A DNA stretch of 64,000 bases from Synechococcus sp. (GTDB lineage Bacteria; Cyanobacteriota; Cyanobacteriia; PCC-6307; Cyanobiaceae), in contig JBJBEO010000001.1 in the NCBI GenBank assembly GCA_047284725.1, positions 704,001 through 768,000 of the forward strand, in the 5' to 3' direction. A program made the translations under genes and the position numbers. Under the pieces are notes generated by a model. That model was not told where the DNA came from, did no database searches, and saw only the letters and a list, made by a program, of their open reading frames with translations. The first letter of the stretch is position 1. Every line of letters begins with the position of its first letter. Below are positions 10,682 through 20,087 of this stretch, one piece after another.

Positions 10682-11182
10682 ATGACAAATGCTTCAGCCT
10701 CCGCTGCAACACCGCCGCCGCCCGAGATGCCGTTCCCTCCCGACGGCCTGGATGGTTTTCTCGCCTTGTGCGAGGGGCGGTGGATGAGCTTGCGCAGCAC
10801 CTTTGCGCTGGATGAATCCGAAGACTGGCATCACAGTGAGCGGGGCGAGGTGGACCTGACCCACATCCCTCAGGACAGGGATCAGCATCGTTTGACTGTG
10901 GCTGATGCGTCAGGGAAGACCCTGGCGGCCCTCGTGTTCATTGCCGATGGTTCCGTTCAGCGCGACCAAAACGGACATGCATCGGGACAGTGGCAGTTGC
11001 GGGATGACGGTTGCCTTGAGCTGGAATTCCCCGCTGAAGACGGTGCTGTCGTGCAGGAGCGCATTTGGTTCACAAAGCCCAATCTGCGCCTGCGCAGCAC
11101 GACCTTGATGGATGGGGCAGGCACGCCCCTGCAAGCCAGTTTCTGCTCAGAGATCCGTCGGGTCGCGGCCCCGAACAGATAA
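10682..11182 (+). CDS. Phycobiliprotein lyase, CpcS/CpeS family
   Basis: GRWMSLRS, ERIWFTKPNLRLRS, ASFCSEIRR motifs. Confidence 0.88.
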   Translation: MTNASASAATPPPPEMPFPPDGLDGFLALCEGRWMSLRSTFALDESEDWHHSERGEVDLTHIPQDRDQHRLTVADASGKTLAALVFIADGSVQRDQNGHASGQWQLRDDGCLELEFPAEDGAVVQERIWFTKPNLRLRSTTLMDGAGTPLQASFCSEIRRVAAPNR

Positions 11183-11187
11183 GCCCG

Positions 11188-11895
11188 ATGGCACCGTTTC
11201 GCCTCGATGTGCTCAGCCTGGCGCCTCAGGCATTTGCTCCTCTGCTGGAGCTCGGCGTGATTGGCAGGGCATTTGCCGCCGGCATTGCCGAGCTGCATCT
11301 GCACAACCCCCGTGACTACGCCACAGACAAGTACCGGAAGGTGGATGACATCCCCTACGGCGGTGGTGCCGGGATGGTGCTGAAGCCCGAGCCGGTGTAT
11401 GCCGCGTTTGAGGCGGTGCCCGTGCGTCCAAGGCGTCGGGTGTTGTTGATGAGCCCCCAGGGCCAACCGCTTCACCAAGCAGATCTGCAGCGCTGGGCTC
11501 AAAGCGTTGATCAATTGGTGTTCCTGTGCGGTCACTACGAAGGCTTCGATGAGCGCATTCGTCCCCTTGCGGATGAGGAAGTCTCGCTTGGCGATTTTGT
11601 TCTCACAGGCGGGGAGCTGCCAGCCATGACGATCATCAACGGTGTGGTGAGATTGCTGCCTGGCACGGTGGGCACTGCGGCCTCCCTTGTGGAGGAAAGC
11701 CACAGTGACCTGCTGCTGGAGCATCCCCACTACACCAGGCCTGCGGAATTTCGTGGCATGGCCGTGCCGCAGGTGCTGCGCAGTGGTGACCATGGCGCCA
11801 TTGATGGCTGGCGTCAGGGCCAGCGGGAACAGCGGACGGCTGAGCGCAGGCCTGATCTTTACGCCCGTTGGCAACAGCAGAAGATGCAGCCGTAG
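11188..11895 (+). CDS. trmD: tRNA (guanine-N1)-methyltransferase
   Basis: DDIPYGGGAGMVLK, CGHYEGFDER, SLGDFVLTGGE, EHPHYTRP. Confidence 0.97.
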   Translation: MAPFRLDVLSLAPQAFAPLLELGVIGRAFAAGIAELHLHNPRDYATDKYRKVDDIPYGGGAGMVLKPEPVYAAFEAVPVRPRRRVLLMSPQGQPLHQADLQRWAQSVDQLVFLCGHYEGFDERIRPLADEEVSLGDFVLTGGELPAMTIINGVVRLLPGTVGTAASLVEESHSDLLLEHPHYTRPAEFRGMAVPQVLRSGDHGAIDGWRQGQREQRTAERRPDLYARWQQQKMQP

Positions 11896-11982
11896 CCCTC
11901 AAGCTCAGGTCCTGCAGGGTGTGCTGGTCTGCACGCGTTGATGGCAGTCCCCGAGAATGGAGCCTGGTCCTGAAGGGATGGC

Positions 11983-12465
11983 ATGCAGCTCCGCATCGGC
12001 AACGGCTATGACATCCACCGACTCGTGCCAGGCAGGCCTTTGATTCTGGGCGGGCAGTTGCTGCAGCATCCCGATGGTCTTGGCCTCGATGGTCACAGTG
12101 ATGCAGACGTGCTGGTGCACGCGATCATGGATGCCCTGCTGGGTGCGTTGTCCCTGGGTGACATCGGCAAATATTTCCCCCCGGATGATCCTCGTTGGAA
12201 GGGGGCGGACAGCCTTGTGCTGCTGGAGCAGGTCGTGGCTCTGCTCGAGGATCGCGGTTGGCAGGTGGTGAATGTGGATTCCGTGGTGATCGCAGAGCGG
12301 CCCAAGCTCAAACCCCACATCGACGCGATGCGTGGCGCGATTGCGGCACGCATCGGCATCGCGCCGGAGCGGGTGGGTGTCAAGGCCACCACCAACGAAA
12401 AGCTCGGCCCCGAGGGGCATGAGGAAGGGATTTCCTGTCAGGCCGTGGCTTTGCTGCAATGTTGA
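11983..12465 (+). CDS. ispF: 2-C-methyl-D-erythritol 2,4-cyclodiphosphate synthase
   Basis: [31 protein letters not shown]. Confidence 0.97.
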   Translation: MQLRIGNGYDIHRLVPGRPLILGGQLLQHPDGLGLDGHSDADVLVHAIMDALLGALSLGDIGKYFPPDDPRWKGADSLVLLEQVVALLEDRGWQVVNVDSVVIAERPKLKPHIDAMRGAIAARIGIAPERVGVKATTNEKLGPEGHEEGISCQAVALLQC

Positions 12466-12902
12466 GGGGTGTCGTGTCCGCTCTGGCTAGGGTCTTGGGC
12501 CTTGTGCTGATCGTGGCGATGCTGCTGGCTGGCCATCCCGATGGGGCGATTGCGTCGGTTGAGAGTGCTGATGGGCAACGCGACGTTGTGGTGGTGGAGC
12601 ACCTGCGCATCAAGGTGCATGCCGAAGGTCGCCAAGCCTGGCTCCAGGCGGAGCAGGGCAGTTGGGAGCCTTGGCTGGCACAGCAGGATGGGTTCGTTGG
12701 TCGTGATCTGCTCTGGGATGCTGAGCGTGAAGAAGGTACCTTGTTGATTCGTTGGGCCAGCCGCGATCAGTGGAAAGCCATTCCCGAGCAGGAGGTGGCA
12801 ATGGTGCAGGCTCGTTTTGAAGAATTGGCGCGGGAGGCGACGGGGCTTCGCCAAGGCAATCCCTTCCCACTGGTGTTTGAAGGTGAGTTGGTGCCGCAGT
12901 GA
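12459..12902 (+). CDS. Conserved cyanobacterial protein (TIGR03792-like, dimeric alpha-beta barrel)
   Basis: Signal-like N-terminus; VVEHLR..V, WEPWL..QDGF, IRWASR.QWKAIP. Confidence 0.7.
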   Translation: MLRGVVSALARVLGLVLIVAMLLAGHPDGAIASVESADGQRDVVVVEHLRIKVHAEGRQAWLQAEQGSWEPWLAQQDGFVGRDLLWDAEREEGTLLIRWASRDQWKAIPEQEVAMVQARFEELAREATGLRQGNPFPLVFEGELVPQ

Positions 12903-13606
12903 GTGATCACGCTTCGGAACGTGATCCGGCGCAGGATGTGCGTTTTGACTGGGACCGTGCCGCACGGATTGGTTTCCGTGAGGCGATCTGGGGTGAACAC
13001 AAGTCAGCTGAGCAGATCGCTTCGATCCTGCGCAGTTGTGCCCAACGGCAACAACTGGCGTTGGCCACCCGGTTGAGTGAGAGCAAAGCTGCAGTGGTGC
13101 GAACGTTGCTGGCCAGTGATGGCTGTGATGCCCAACTGCAATGGCATCCCTCGGCGGCTTGCCTCACCTGGGGGATCTTGCCTGATCTCGATGCGGTTGC
13201 GCCTGAGGTTGCCGTTTTGGGCGGTGGTACCAGCGACCTCAAGGTGGCGTCTGAGGCACAGCTGGCCTTGCGTTGCCATGGAGTGGCTGCCGAGTTGATT
13301 CTTGATGTGGGCGTCGCCGGGCTGCATCGCTTGCTGGAGCAGTTGCCTCACCTGAAGCCTCGGCGGGTGTTGATCGCTTGCGCTGGGATGGAGGGTGCCC
13401 TGCCCACGGTGCTGGCAGGGTTGGTGCCCCAGCCGGTGATCGGGGTGCCGGTGGCGGTGGGCTATGGCGTGAGTGCTGGGGGACGCACGGCGCTGGAGGG
13501 CATGTTGGCGAGCTGTGCTCCGGGGCTCACTGTGGTGAATATCGACAATGGCTATGGCGCCGCCATGGCGGCGCTGCGCATCTTGGCTCCTGCACTCCAG
13601 CATTGA
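12899..13606 (+). CDS. larB: LarB/CpmA (PurE-like) protein
   Basis: EAIWGEHK, GTSD..VA.EA, DVGVAGLHRL, AGMEGAL, VVNIDNGYGAA. Confidence 0.9.
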   Translation: MSDHASERDPAQDVRFDWDRAARIGFREAIWGEHKSAEQIASILRSCAQRQQLALATRLSESKAAVVRTLLASDGCDAQLQWHPSAACLTWGILPDLDAVAPEVAVLGGGTSDLKVASEAQLALRCHGVAAELILDVGVAGLHRLLEQLPHLKPRRVLIACAGMEGALPTVLAGLVPQPVIGVPVAVGYGVSAGGRTALEGMLASCAPGLTVVNIDNGYGAAMAALRILAPALQH

Positions 13607-13735
13607 CCCCTTTTGGCTGGCCTTTGGCGATGGTGAGCGAAGAGCGTGAGACGAACGATCGATCGACCCCAAACCTGAGCCGTCTTGGCTCCATGGGATT
13701 GAAGCTTCAGGGCTGGCGATCGTTACTGATGATCT

Positions 13736-13845
13736 GGCTGGTGTGGCTGGGGTTGGGTGTTGATCGCAGCGTGGAGGAATGGATTGCAAGGGCGGATCAA
13801 GCCCTTTACTGCGCCAAGCGTAATGGTCGTAATTGCGTGGCATCG
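13736..13845 (+). pseudogene. Diguanylate cyclase (GGDEF) C-terminal remnant
   Basis: VEEWIARADQALYCAKRNGRNCV at 13771-13839 matches the terminal helix and strand of GGDEF domains; no GG(D/E)EF seen upstream; an AGVA-like strand lies just upstream in a different frame. Confidence 0.65.
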
Positions 13846-14195
13846 TGCCACGGGGTGTACGTGCCAAAGGGTGACGAGCCCACCAACGCAGATGGAGATG
13901 AATCTTCATCCCCCGAGCTTGAGCTCTTGCAGGGAGGCGTGGAGCCTTGAGCTGGCTTGTGGGGTTAGTGCTTGGCCAGGAGCTCGGCTGTGGTGTGGCC
14001 AGTGTCCTTGAGGTCGAGGAGCTCCTCGACCCATAGCCGCATCGAGCGCGGTAAGCGTCCTTCCTGGTAGCGCATCAATGCTTCCATAAGCACAGGGGAA
14101 TTGATCCACTGAAGAGAGCGCCGGGCCATGATTTCTGGCGGGTTGCGCGCACGATGGCCGGCTTCGCTTCGAGCCGCAACGGATCAACTCTGCAT

Positions 14196-14330
14196 TCAAT
14201 TGGTCGATTTCGAGCGGTTGCTCAGGCGCAGTAACTCCTGGCTGTGGTGAGGTTGCTCAACGGCTCGCAAGCGCACCACCAACTCCACGAGATCGCCCTC
14301 AGCCAATTCACCATTGGCTTTCCATTGCAT
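14196..14330 (-). CDS. Small hypothetical protein (44 aa)
   Basis: MQWKANGELAEGDLVELVVRLRAVE...; resembles small picocyanobacterial ORFs (recall, not verified). Confidence 0.5.
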   Translation of the reverse strand: MQWKANGELAEGDLVELVVRLRAVEQPHHSQELLRLSNRSKSTN

Positions 14331-14465
14331 CGATCGTGGATCGGGGCGACAGACAGCAGCCAAGATGAAAAAACGCAATCCTCATAAGCTAAAGAGTGCT
14401 TCCCATGGCAACTGCCTTCAAATCTTTAACTGATCCGAAGATTGCTTGATACCAGCAATCCCAAT

Positions 14466-15440
14466 TTAAAGGTGCTGAAGATTGGGGTAAGCCGTTACCA
14501 GCTCTTCTGCGCTGAGCACATCGCCAGCGCCATCAGGCTGCCAGATCACTTCCAGGGCCATGAGGTCTGTGGATGAGGTGGAGCCCAGGATGCGCAGTGA
14601 CTCGCGAAGGCCATCATTGGTGTCGATCGGTTTGATCGTCACCGGGCGGCGGCTGGCTACCAGCACCGTGACGGCGATGAACTCGTTGGTCGCATCGGCA
14701 TCACCAACGGCCTGCAGTTCATTGTCTGCGCTGGTTTGACGGCCTCCCACATTGGTGGTGAGTTCCTCGCGCAATTTGCTGCGCTCCGTCATCGACAGCC
14801 GATTGAAGGTGGATTCGGCTGCATTGAAGGGAACGCTGCCGTTTTCGAGATTGGCGTACACCCAAAGCTCAGGCTGACGCAGCAGAGCCAGGGTGGTTTC
14901 CTGCAGCACGCGTTGAAGACCACTTGAGGAGCTTGTATCGGCAGTGGACGCCAGTCGACGCAGGTCTTCCTGCAGTGCCTTGGCGCCCGCCAGCAGACCG
15001 ATTTGCAGTTGCACCAGCGTCACTGGGCCACTGCTCAACGGCGCCTTCTGTTCATATCCCCCCATCGCGTTGCCGCCACCGCCGTTGCCCCGGACTGCAT
15101 TCACCAGAACCCCGGCGATCGCCATCACAGCAAACAACCCCAGCAGTCCTCCCATGCCGCCGAAGCCGAAGAAGGGAATGATGAAGGGAAACCCCATGCC
15201 CCCGCCGCCATAGCCGCGGCTGTAACCACCGCCGTAACCACGGCTGTACCCACCGCTGCGGGGCATGGAGGGGGCCCTGAAGCTGCCACCGCCAATACGG
15301 CCACCCCGCGCCGCGTAACTGGGATCCGGATGGATCAGAACCAACCCGGCGACCAGCATGGGGAGGAGGAGAGCCGACAACCCACGCCGCAATCTGTGGT
15401 TCCATCGGGGCTGGGGGAGGGAGATCGACGAACGCGTCAA
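14466..15440 (-). CDS. DUF1517 domain-containing protein
   Basis: GGRIGGGSF, Gly-rich segment, TM, LQETTLALLR, FNRLSMTERSK, EVIWQP. Confidence 0.88.
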   Translation of the reverse strand: MTRSSISLPQPRWNHRLRRGLSALLLPMLVAGLVLIHPDPSYAARGGRIGGGSFRAPSMPRSGGYSRGYGGGYSRGYGGGGMGFPFIIPFFGFGGMGGLLGLFAVMAIAGVLVNAVRGNGGGGNAMGGYEQKAPLSSGPVTLVQLQIGLLAGAKALQEDLRRLASTADTSSSSGLQRVLQETTLALLRQPELWVYANLENGSVPFNAAESTFNRLSMTERSKLREELTTNVGGRQTSADNELQAVGDADATNEFIAVTVLVASRRPVTIKPIDTNDGLRESLRILGSTSSTDLMALEVIWQPDGAGDVLSAEELVTAYPNLQHL

Positions 15441-15464
15441 CAGGGCGTAGCGATTCAGTCGACT

Positions 15465-15680
15465 CTAGGAACCACCACCGACGATGGTGACAATTTCCAG
15501 GCTGTCGCCGTTTTGCACGGTTTGGTCCTCCCAGCGGTCGGGGGTGAGGATTAATCCGTTGAACTCCACCACCACCAATTTGGGGTGATGCCCGAGCTCC
15601 CTCACCACGGCGCCCAGGGAGTTGGTGTTGACATCGAGGTGCCGCTGCTCGCCGTTGACCTGAAGTGTGAGGTTGGCCAT
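15465..15680 (-). CDS. thiS: Sulfur carrier protein ThiS
   Basis: VNGE...VVVEFNG...LEIVTIVGGG(S); downstream of thiE. Confidence 0.92.
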   Translation of the reverse strand: MANLTLQVNGEQRHLDVNTNSLGAVVRELGHHPKLVVVEFNGLILTPDRWEDQTVQNGDSLEIVTIVGGGS

Positions 15681-15724
15681 AGAGCGATCGAAGCTTGGTG
15701 GAACAGAGAGCAGGTGGTTGTTGC

Positions 15725-16771
15725 CTAGACCAGTGCAGACAGCAGGGCGGTACTGGCGGCATGCGGATCATCCGCCGCCATGATCGCGCCCACCACCGCC
15801 ACCCGGGTCACCCCATGACTGCGGAGTTCAGGCACCTTTCCTGCGCTGATGCCGCCGATGGCGAACCAGGGAAGCTTGGCCTGATCAGCGGCCTGTCGAG
15901 CCCAGGCCAATCCCTGCGGTTGCTTGTCGGGTTTGGTGCCGGTGGCGTAGATCGGCCCCACACCGAGGTAGTCGCAGTCTTCCCGTTGGGCTTGAAGCAG
16001 TTGCTCCACAGTGTGGGTGCTGCGGCCCAGCAGGCGACCATCTCCGATCAGTTGGCGCGCTGCGTCTGTCGGCAGGTCGTCTTGACCCAGGTGCACGCCA
16101 TCGGCATCCACCAGCAGGGCCAGATCGATGCGGTCGTTGACGATGAACAGGGCCTGGTGGCGACGACAGAGATGGGCCAGTGCCTGGGCTTCCTTCAGGC
16201 GCTCGCGGTCGTGGCTTTGCTTGGCGCGGTATTGCACCAAGGTGACCCCGGCACGCAGGGCGGCTTCGACGCAATGGAGCGAGCCCTCGCCTGGGTCCGT
16301 GATCAGGCAGAGGCGCGCCTGGTCGAGGCGGCGGCATCGATCCTGGCGTTGCCCAGCCTGCAGGATCGTCACTTCCAGGTCGTAGAGCCCGTAGCGAATC
16401 GAGGCGGCGGTGGCCGCCAACTGGGGATCACGGTCGCGGCCAAATTCCTCCAGCACGCGCAATGCTTCCTGCACGCGGCCGCAATTGGCGGCCACCACCT
16501 GTTGGGGGTGGATGCGGTCCTGCTGGGCCGGATGGGCCATGCCGGCGGCGGTGTCGGTGGCGGTCGAGCGGGCCTGCTTGTAGTGATCGGCATGGCATCG
16601 GCCGAGTTGTTGGCGCCAATGCTTGAGCGATGCCACCAGATCGGCGTGATCGAGCCCGAATCGACACCAGTCTTCGACCACGCGCAGCCCTTCCCGCGCC
16701 CGATCGAGATTGGCATCGATCAGCCTGTCGACGCGTGCCTCGGCGTGGTGGGCGACAACCATCGGTTTCAT
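15725..16771 (-). CDS. thiE: Thiamine-phosphate synthase (cyanobacterial type with N-terminal extension)
   Basis: DANLDRAREGLRVVED N-domain; VQYR, IVNDR, DGVHLGQDD, AIGGI. Confidence 0.95.
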   Translation of the reverse strand: MKPMVVAHHAEARVDRLIDANLDRAREGLRVVEDWCRFGLDHADLVASLKHWRQQLGRCHADHYKQARSTATDTAAGMAHPAQQDRIHPQQVVAANCGRVQEALRVLEEFGRDRDPQLAATAASIRYGLYDLEVTILQAGQRQDRCRRLDQARLCLITDPGEGSLHCVEAALRAGVTLVQYRAKQSHDRERLKEAQALAHLCRRHQALFIVNDRIDLALLVDADGVHLGQDDLPTDAARQLIGDGRLLGRSTHTVEQLLQAQREDCDYLGVGPIYATGTKPDKQPQGLAWARQAADQAKLPWFAIGGISAGKVPELRSHGVTRVAVVGAIMAADDPHAASTALLSALV

Positions 16772-16807
16772 GGCAGTCTTGGCACAATCGCACGCACCTT
16801 TGCGGCC

Positions 16808-16930
16808 ATGGAGAACGGTGGATCCGACAGCCCGATGAAGGTGTTGGTCTGGGGAATTCTTCTGTTGGGGGGAATCGGTGTCTTCATCGTCTGGGGACTC
16901 ACGAACGCTTACCCGAGTTCAGTGCTCTGA
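16808..16930 (+). CDS. Small single-TM protein, NdhQ-like NDH-1 subunit (40 aa)
   Basis: MENGGSDSPMKVLVWGILLLGGIGVFIVWGLTNAYPSSVL; G.DSP-TM-W.L..AY pattern recalls NdhQ; present only as the tail of a longer shadow ORF in the track. Confidence 0.55.
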   Translation: MENGGSDSPMKVLVWGILLLGGIGVFIVWGLTNAYPSSVL

Positions 16931-17899
16931 GTTGCTCAGGATTGTGCGGGCTTTCTGAGCATCCAGGCCAATCTGGTGGCTGAGTTCGTCGAGGCCTGAG
17001 AAGCGTTGCTGCCCCCGCAGGCGCTCCACCGGCTCCACGGTGAGCACTTTGCCAACCAGATCCTGGCTTGTGTCGAGCAGATGCACCTCCACCGCTGAGG
17101 GCGAGAGGGGATCAACGGTGGGTTGAGGGCCCAGGTTCATGACCGCCGGCATGTGAGTGCTCTGGTCGCCCACTTGAGCCCAGGCGGCGTAGACCCCCAG
17201 ACCCGGCAGAAACTTGCGCCCATCCACTTCCAAATTGGCGGTGGGCCAACCGATGGTGTGCCCCAGTCCTCGCCCCTTCACCACCGTGCCACTGAAGCGA
17301 TAAGGCCGGCCCAGGAGTTGCTGTGCCGTTTCCAGATCACCTTCAGAGAGGGCCGCACGGATCCGGCTGCTGCTCATGGCTCCACTGGCATCCTCAAGAA
17401 TCGGCAACACCGTCACCTGCACGCCGGCCTGGCGGCAGAGGATTTGCAGGGTTTCTGTGGTACCCAGGCGACCTCGGCCAAAGCGAAAGTTGGCTCCCAC
17501 GGCAATGTGACGCGCCTGAAGGGTGTCGAGCAGCATCGTGCGCACGAACTGTTCCGCACTGAGCCGGGCCAGATCCTGATCAAAGGGCACCAGCACCAGC
17601 TGTTCAATGCCGAGCGGTTGGAGCAGAGAGAGCTTCTCCTCCGGCAGGTCTAGGCGCAGCCGGGCCTCACCGTGCAGCACCTCCCGAGGATGGGGCCAGA
17701 AACTCACCACCGTAGGCACACCTCCATGGGGCTCCTTGCACACCGCGTCGATCACGCGTCGGTGGCCGGCATGGAGGCCGTCAAAGCTGCCAAGGGCCAG
17801 CGCCGAGGGCGTGCGGGCCTGCTGTGGTGAGCAGAGAGGAATCAAGAGAGCCGTGCATCCGGCGGGTGTTGATGGCAAGTTTGGACGACTGCCGTTCAT
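16919..17899 (-). CDS. ribF: Bifunctional riboflavin kinase/FAD synthetase
   Basis: LGSFDGLHAGH, VGANFRFG, SSSRIR, GWPTAN, VEVHLLD; true start may be about 50 nt downstream. Confidence 0.95.
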   Translation of the reverse strand: MNGSRPNLPSTPAGCTALLIPLCSPQQARTPSALALGSFDGLHAGHRRVIDAVCKEPHGGVPTVVSFWPHPREVLHGEARLRLDLPEEKLSLLQPLGIEQLVLVPFDQDLARLSAEQFVRTMLLDTLQARHIAVGANFRFGRGRLGTTETLQILCRQAGVQVTVLPILEDASGAMSSSRIRAALSEGDLETAQQLLGRPYRFSGTVVKGRGLGHTIGWPTANLEVDGRKFLPGLGVYAAWAQVGDQSTHMPAVMNLGPQPTVDPLSPSAVEVHLLDTSQDLVGKVLTVEPVERLRGQQRFSGLDELSHQIGLDAQKARTILSNSEH

Positions 17900-17905
17900 T
17901 CGCGC

Positions 17906-18466
17906 ATGGCCGACCGTCTCGACCTCCAGTTGCTTTCCCTCGGGCTGAAGCGCATGGCCTGGATCCGCTTCTGGATTCAGACCGCCCTGGGCATCGTGGT
18001 GATGGGCGTGCTGGCTTTCAACAACGTCGGTGGCAGCCTCAGCCGCAATGCCGATCGGGCCCTGGGGCTGAGCCCAGGGCTCTCGCTCACCACCCTGTCA
18101 TTTCTGGTGCTGTTGTTCAGCCTCTGGCAAGGCTGGTTGGTTGTGCGTCTTGGGCGGGCTCTCGGCAGCAACGCAAAACCCAGTCGGGGAGAGGCCGCCC
18201 GCACGATCAAGCGGGGATTGATCGCGGATCTCCTGGGGCTGGTGTTTGCCGCAGTCGGCTACCAATCGTTAGCTGGAGCCCTGTTCGTGCAGGCCTCACA
18301 ACAGACGCCGGGCATCGCGATCGGCGGGTCAGGGATGCGGGAAAACCTGGCGATCACATCCCTGGAAATGCTCTCGGTGCTGAGCAACACCCAAGTGCTG
18401 TTTGCGCACCTGATCGGCCTGTTGTTCTCACTCTGGTTCTTGCAGAGGATCTACCGCGCGAAATGA
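17906..18466 (+). CDS. DUF3611 family membrane protein
   Basis: WIRFWIQ..LG, 4 TM, NTQVLFAHLIGL. Confidence 0.8.
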   Translation: MADRLDLQLLSLGLKRMAWIRFWIQTALGIVVMGVLAFNNVGGSLSRNADRALGLSPGLSLTTLSFLVLLFSLWQGWLVVRLGRALGSNAKPSRGEAARTIKRGLIADLLGLVFAAVGYQSLAGALFVQASQQTPGIAIGGSGMRENLAITSLEMLSVLSNTQVLFAHLIGLLFSLWFLQRIYRAK

Positions 18467-18903
18467 TTTGATGCGTTCAGCTTTAGTTGGTCGTCAACCA
18501 GTGCCCAAAATTCCAGTGCCATTCCCTCATTTTGGCCTGGGATTAGAGGCGTTATGCCGACCGACGATGATTGAGCTCGATCGGGGCCTATAAATCCGGC
18601 CACGAACAAAACGCTGGTCCCGCGAGAATCAAACGAATCTCGAGCTATTTCATCGAAGGATCAAGAGCCCTGCATACAAGACACCCAACGATCAATTCAA
18701 CCCATATAAACGCGGCGACAAGATTCGCCCGCCAACCTTCAGGAAACTAAATATATCTAATCATAGCGTAGTTAAATTTTTTTTACCTGGAAAAAAAATC
18801 GCAATTGTTCAACTAGCTTGAATACGCGCTACAAAGCAGTTGCGATTACAGCAAGATTTCCACTCGCAACTGTTTTCGAGCGTTTCTAGCAATCCCGCTT
18901 TAA

Positions 18904-19842
18904 ATGAACGCTTCTCTCTCCCCCAAGTTCAGATTCGGCGCTGAGTCCAAAGCAGTCGATGTCAGCTTTTCTTCGCCGCAGAATCCTGTTGGGAAGAGGC
19001 AAGCTGCTTTAACGAATGCGGAGTATCTGAGGCAATCCTGCTCCCAGATGCAAATACCCGTCGGGCCTCGAGAGCATACTGAATGTCCTCATCGAGTGAC
19101 GTTTGATCGCTTTGCGCCATCCGACAGTGAAGCCCTGCGTGAGTGCATCAATGCTGCATACCGACAGGTTCTAGGCAATGCGCATGTCATGGATCATGAG
19201 CGCCTTGATTCGCTTGAGGCAGAATTGACCGATGGGCGCCTTTGTACACGTGAATTTATTCGTGGCCTTGCCAAAAGCGAATTATACAAAGCTCGTTATT
19301 TCTTCAAAGTCTCGGCGTATCGCGGTATTGAGCTGAATTTCAAGCATTTGCTAGGCCGACCGCCGCTTGATCAGCAAGAAATTGCAAGTGCGGCTTCAAT
19401 CCAATCCTCAAAGGGCTTCGACGCATTAATCGACTCAATAATCGATTCGGCAGAATACGCTGAAGTTTTTGGGGATCATGGCGTTCCATATGTCCGCTCA
19501 TTCACATCAGCCAGCGGAATGTCCATGCTCAACTTTGTTCGGATCGCGGCACTTGAGCAAAATTTTGCTAGCAGTGACCGATCGAAAGGAAACGACAGTT
19601 TGCTCCGTGCGAACCTCGCCTCCGGCGCACCCATGGCAATTGATGTGCCAACGGCATACGACTATGCCGAAATGTCTATGGCATGGGCAGGAGGCAAGCC
19701 ACCCGCAAATTACGAGAAGCTATGGCGTGGTCTTGCCCTCGTGGGTGGCGCTCACCTCGCTGGAATGTTGGTCAATGTGACGGCGCAAATGCTTGGAATC
19801 CACGGATTGGACCGCATTCCTGCCATGTTCCTGGGCCTCTGA
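18904..19842 (+). CDS. Phycobilisome linker polypeptide (PF00427 domain; phycoerythrin-associated Mpe/Cpe-like N-terminus, hydrophobic C-terminus)
   Basis: INAAYRQVLGN, REFIRGLAKSELY, IELNFKHLLGRPP, IDSAEYAEVFGDHGVPY. Confidence 0.88.
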   Translation: MNASLSPKFRFGAESKAVDVSFSSPQNPVGKRQAALTNAEYLRQSCSQMQIPVGPREHTECPHRVTFDRFAPSDSEALRECINAAYRQVLGNAHVMDHERLDSLEAELTDGRLCTREFIRGLAKSELYKARYFFKVSAYRGIELNFKHLLGRPPLDQQEIASAASIQSSKGFDALIDSIIDSAEYAEVFGDHGVPYVRSFTSASGMSMLNFVRIAALEQNFASSDRSKGNDSLLRANLASGAPMAIDVPTAYDYAEMSMAWAGGKPPANYEKLWRGLALVGGAHLAGMLVNVTAQMLGIHGLDRIPAMFLGL

Positions 19843-19865
19843 CCTGGTCGATGTAGCGAATGTTC

Positions 19866-19893
19866 GGTACAAGCCATGCTGATGGCTTGTACC
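19866..19893 (+). terminator. Perfect 12-bp stem-loop 3' of the linker gene (terminator or mRNA-stabilising)
   Basis: GGTACAAGCCAT-gctg-ATGGCTTGTACC; no U-tract follows. Confidence 0.5.
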
Positions 19894-20087
19894 TAGGCAA
19901 ATTTAACGGCCAAGTCTATTCACTCCTTTTTGGCCACTACGGATGGATTTAAAGCGTTGAACTCCCCACCAGCTGCGGCTTTCAACGAATGCAAAGAGAC
20001 TCTCTGATGTGAATTTATTGAAGAACATCATTACTTTGAGGCGTCGTCAATCTCTCTTTTTCAAAGCATTAATTTCGACGGAGATGA

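Noticed and set aside
15695..16807. 411-aa + strand ORF over thiE
   Set aside because: Antisense shadow of thiE; only the last 40 codons (from 16808) look like a real gene
16772..16810. Possible TPP riboswitch upstream of thiE-thiS
   Set aside because: Spacer is only about 36 nt and no TPP aptamer consensus is visible
18768..18786. GTA...TAC as an NtcA site upstream of the linker gene
   Set aside because: Spacer is 13 nt, not the required 8
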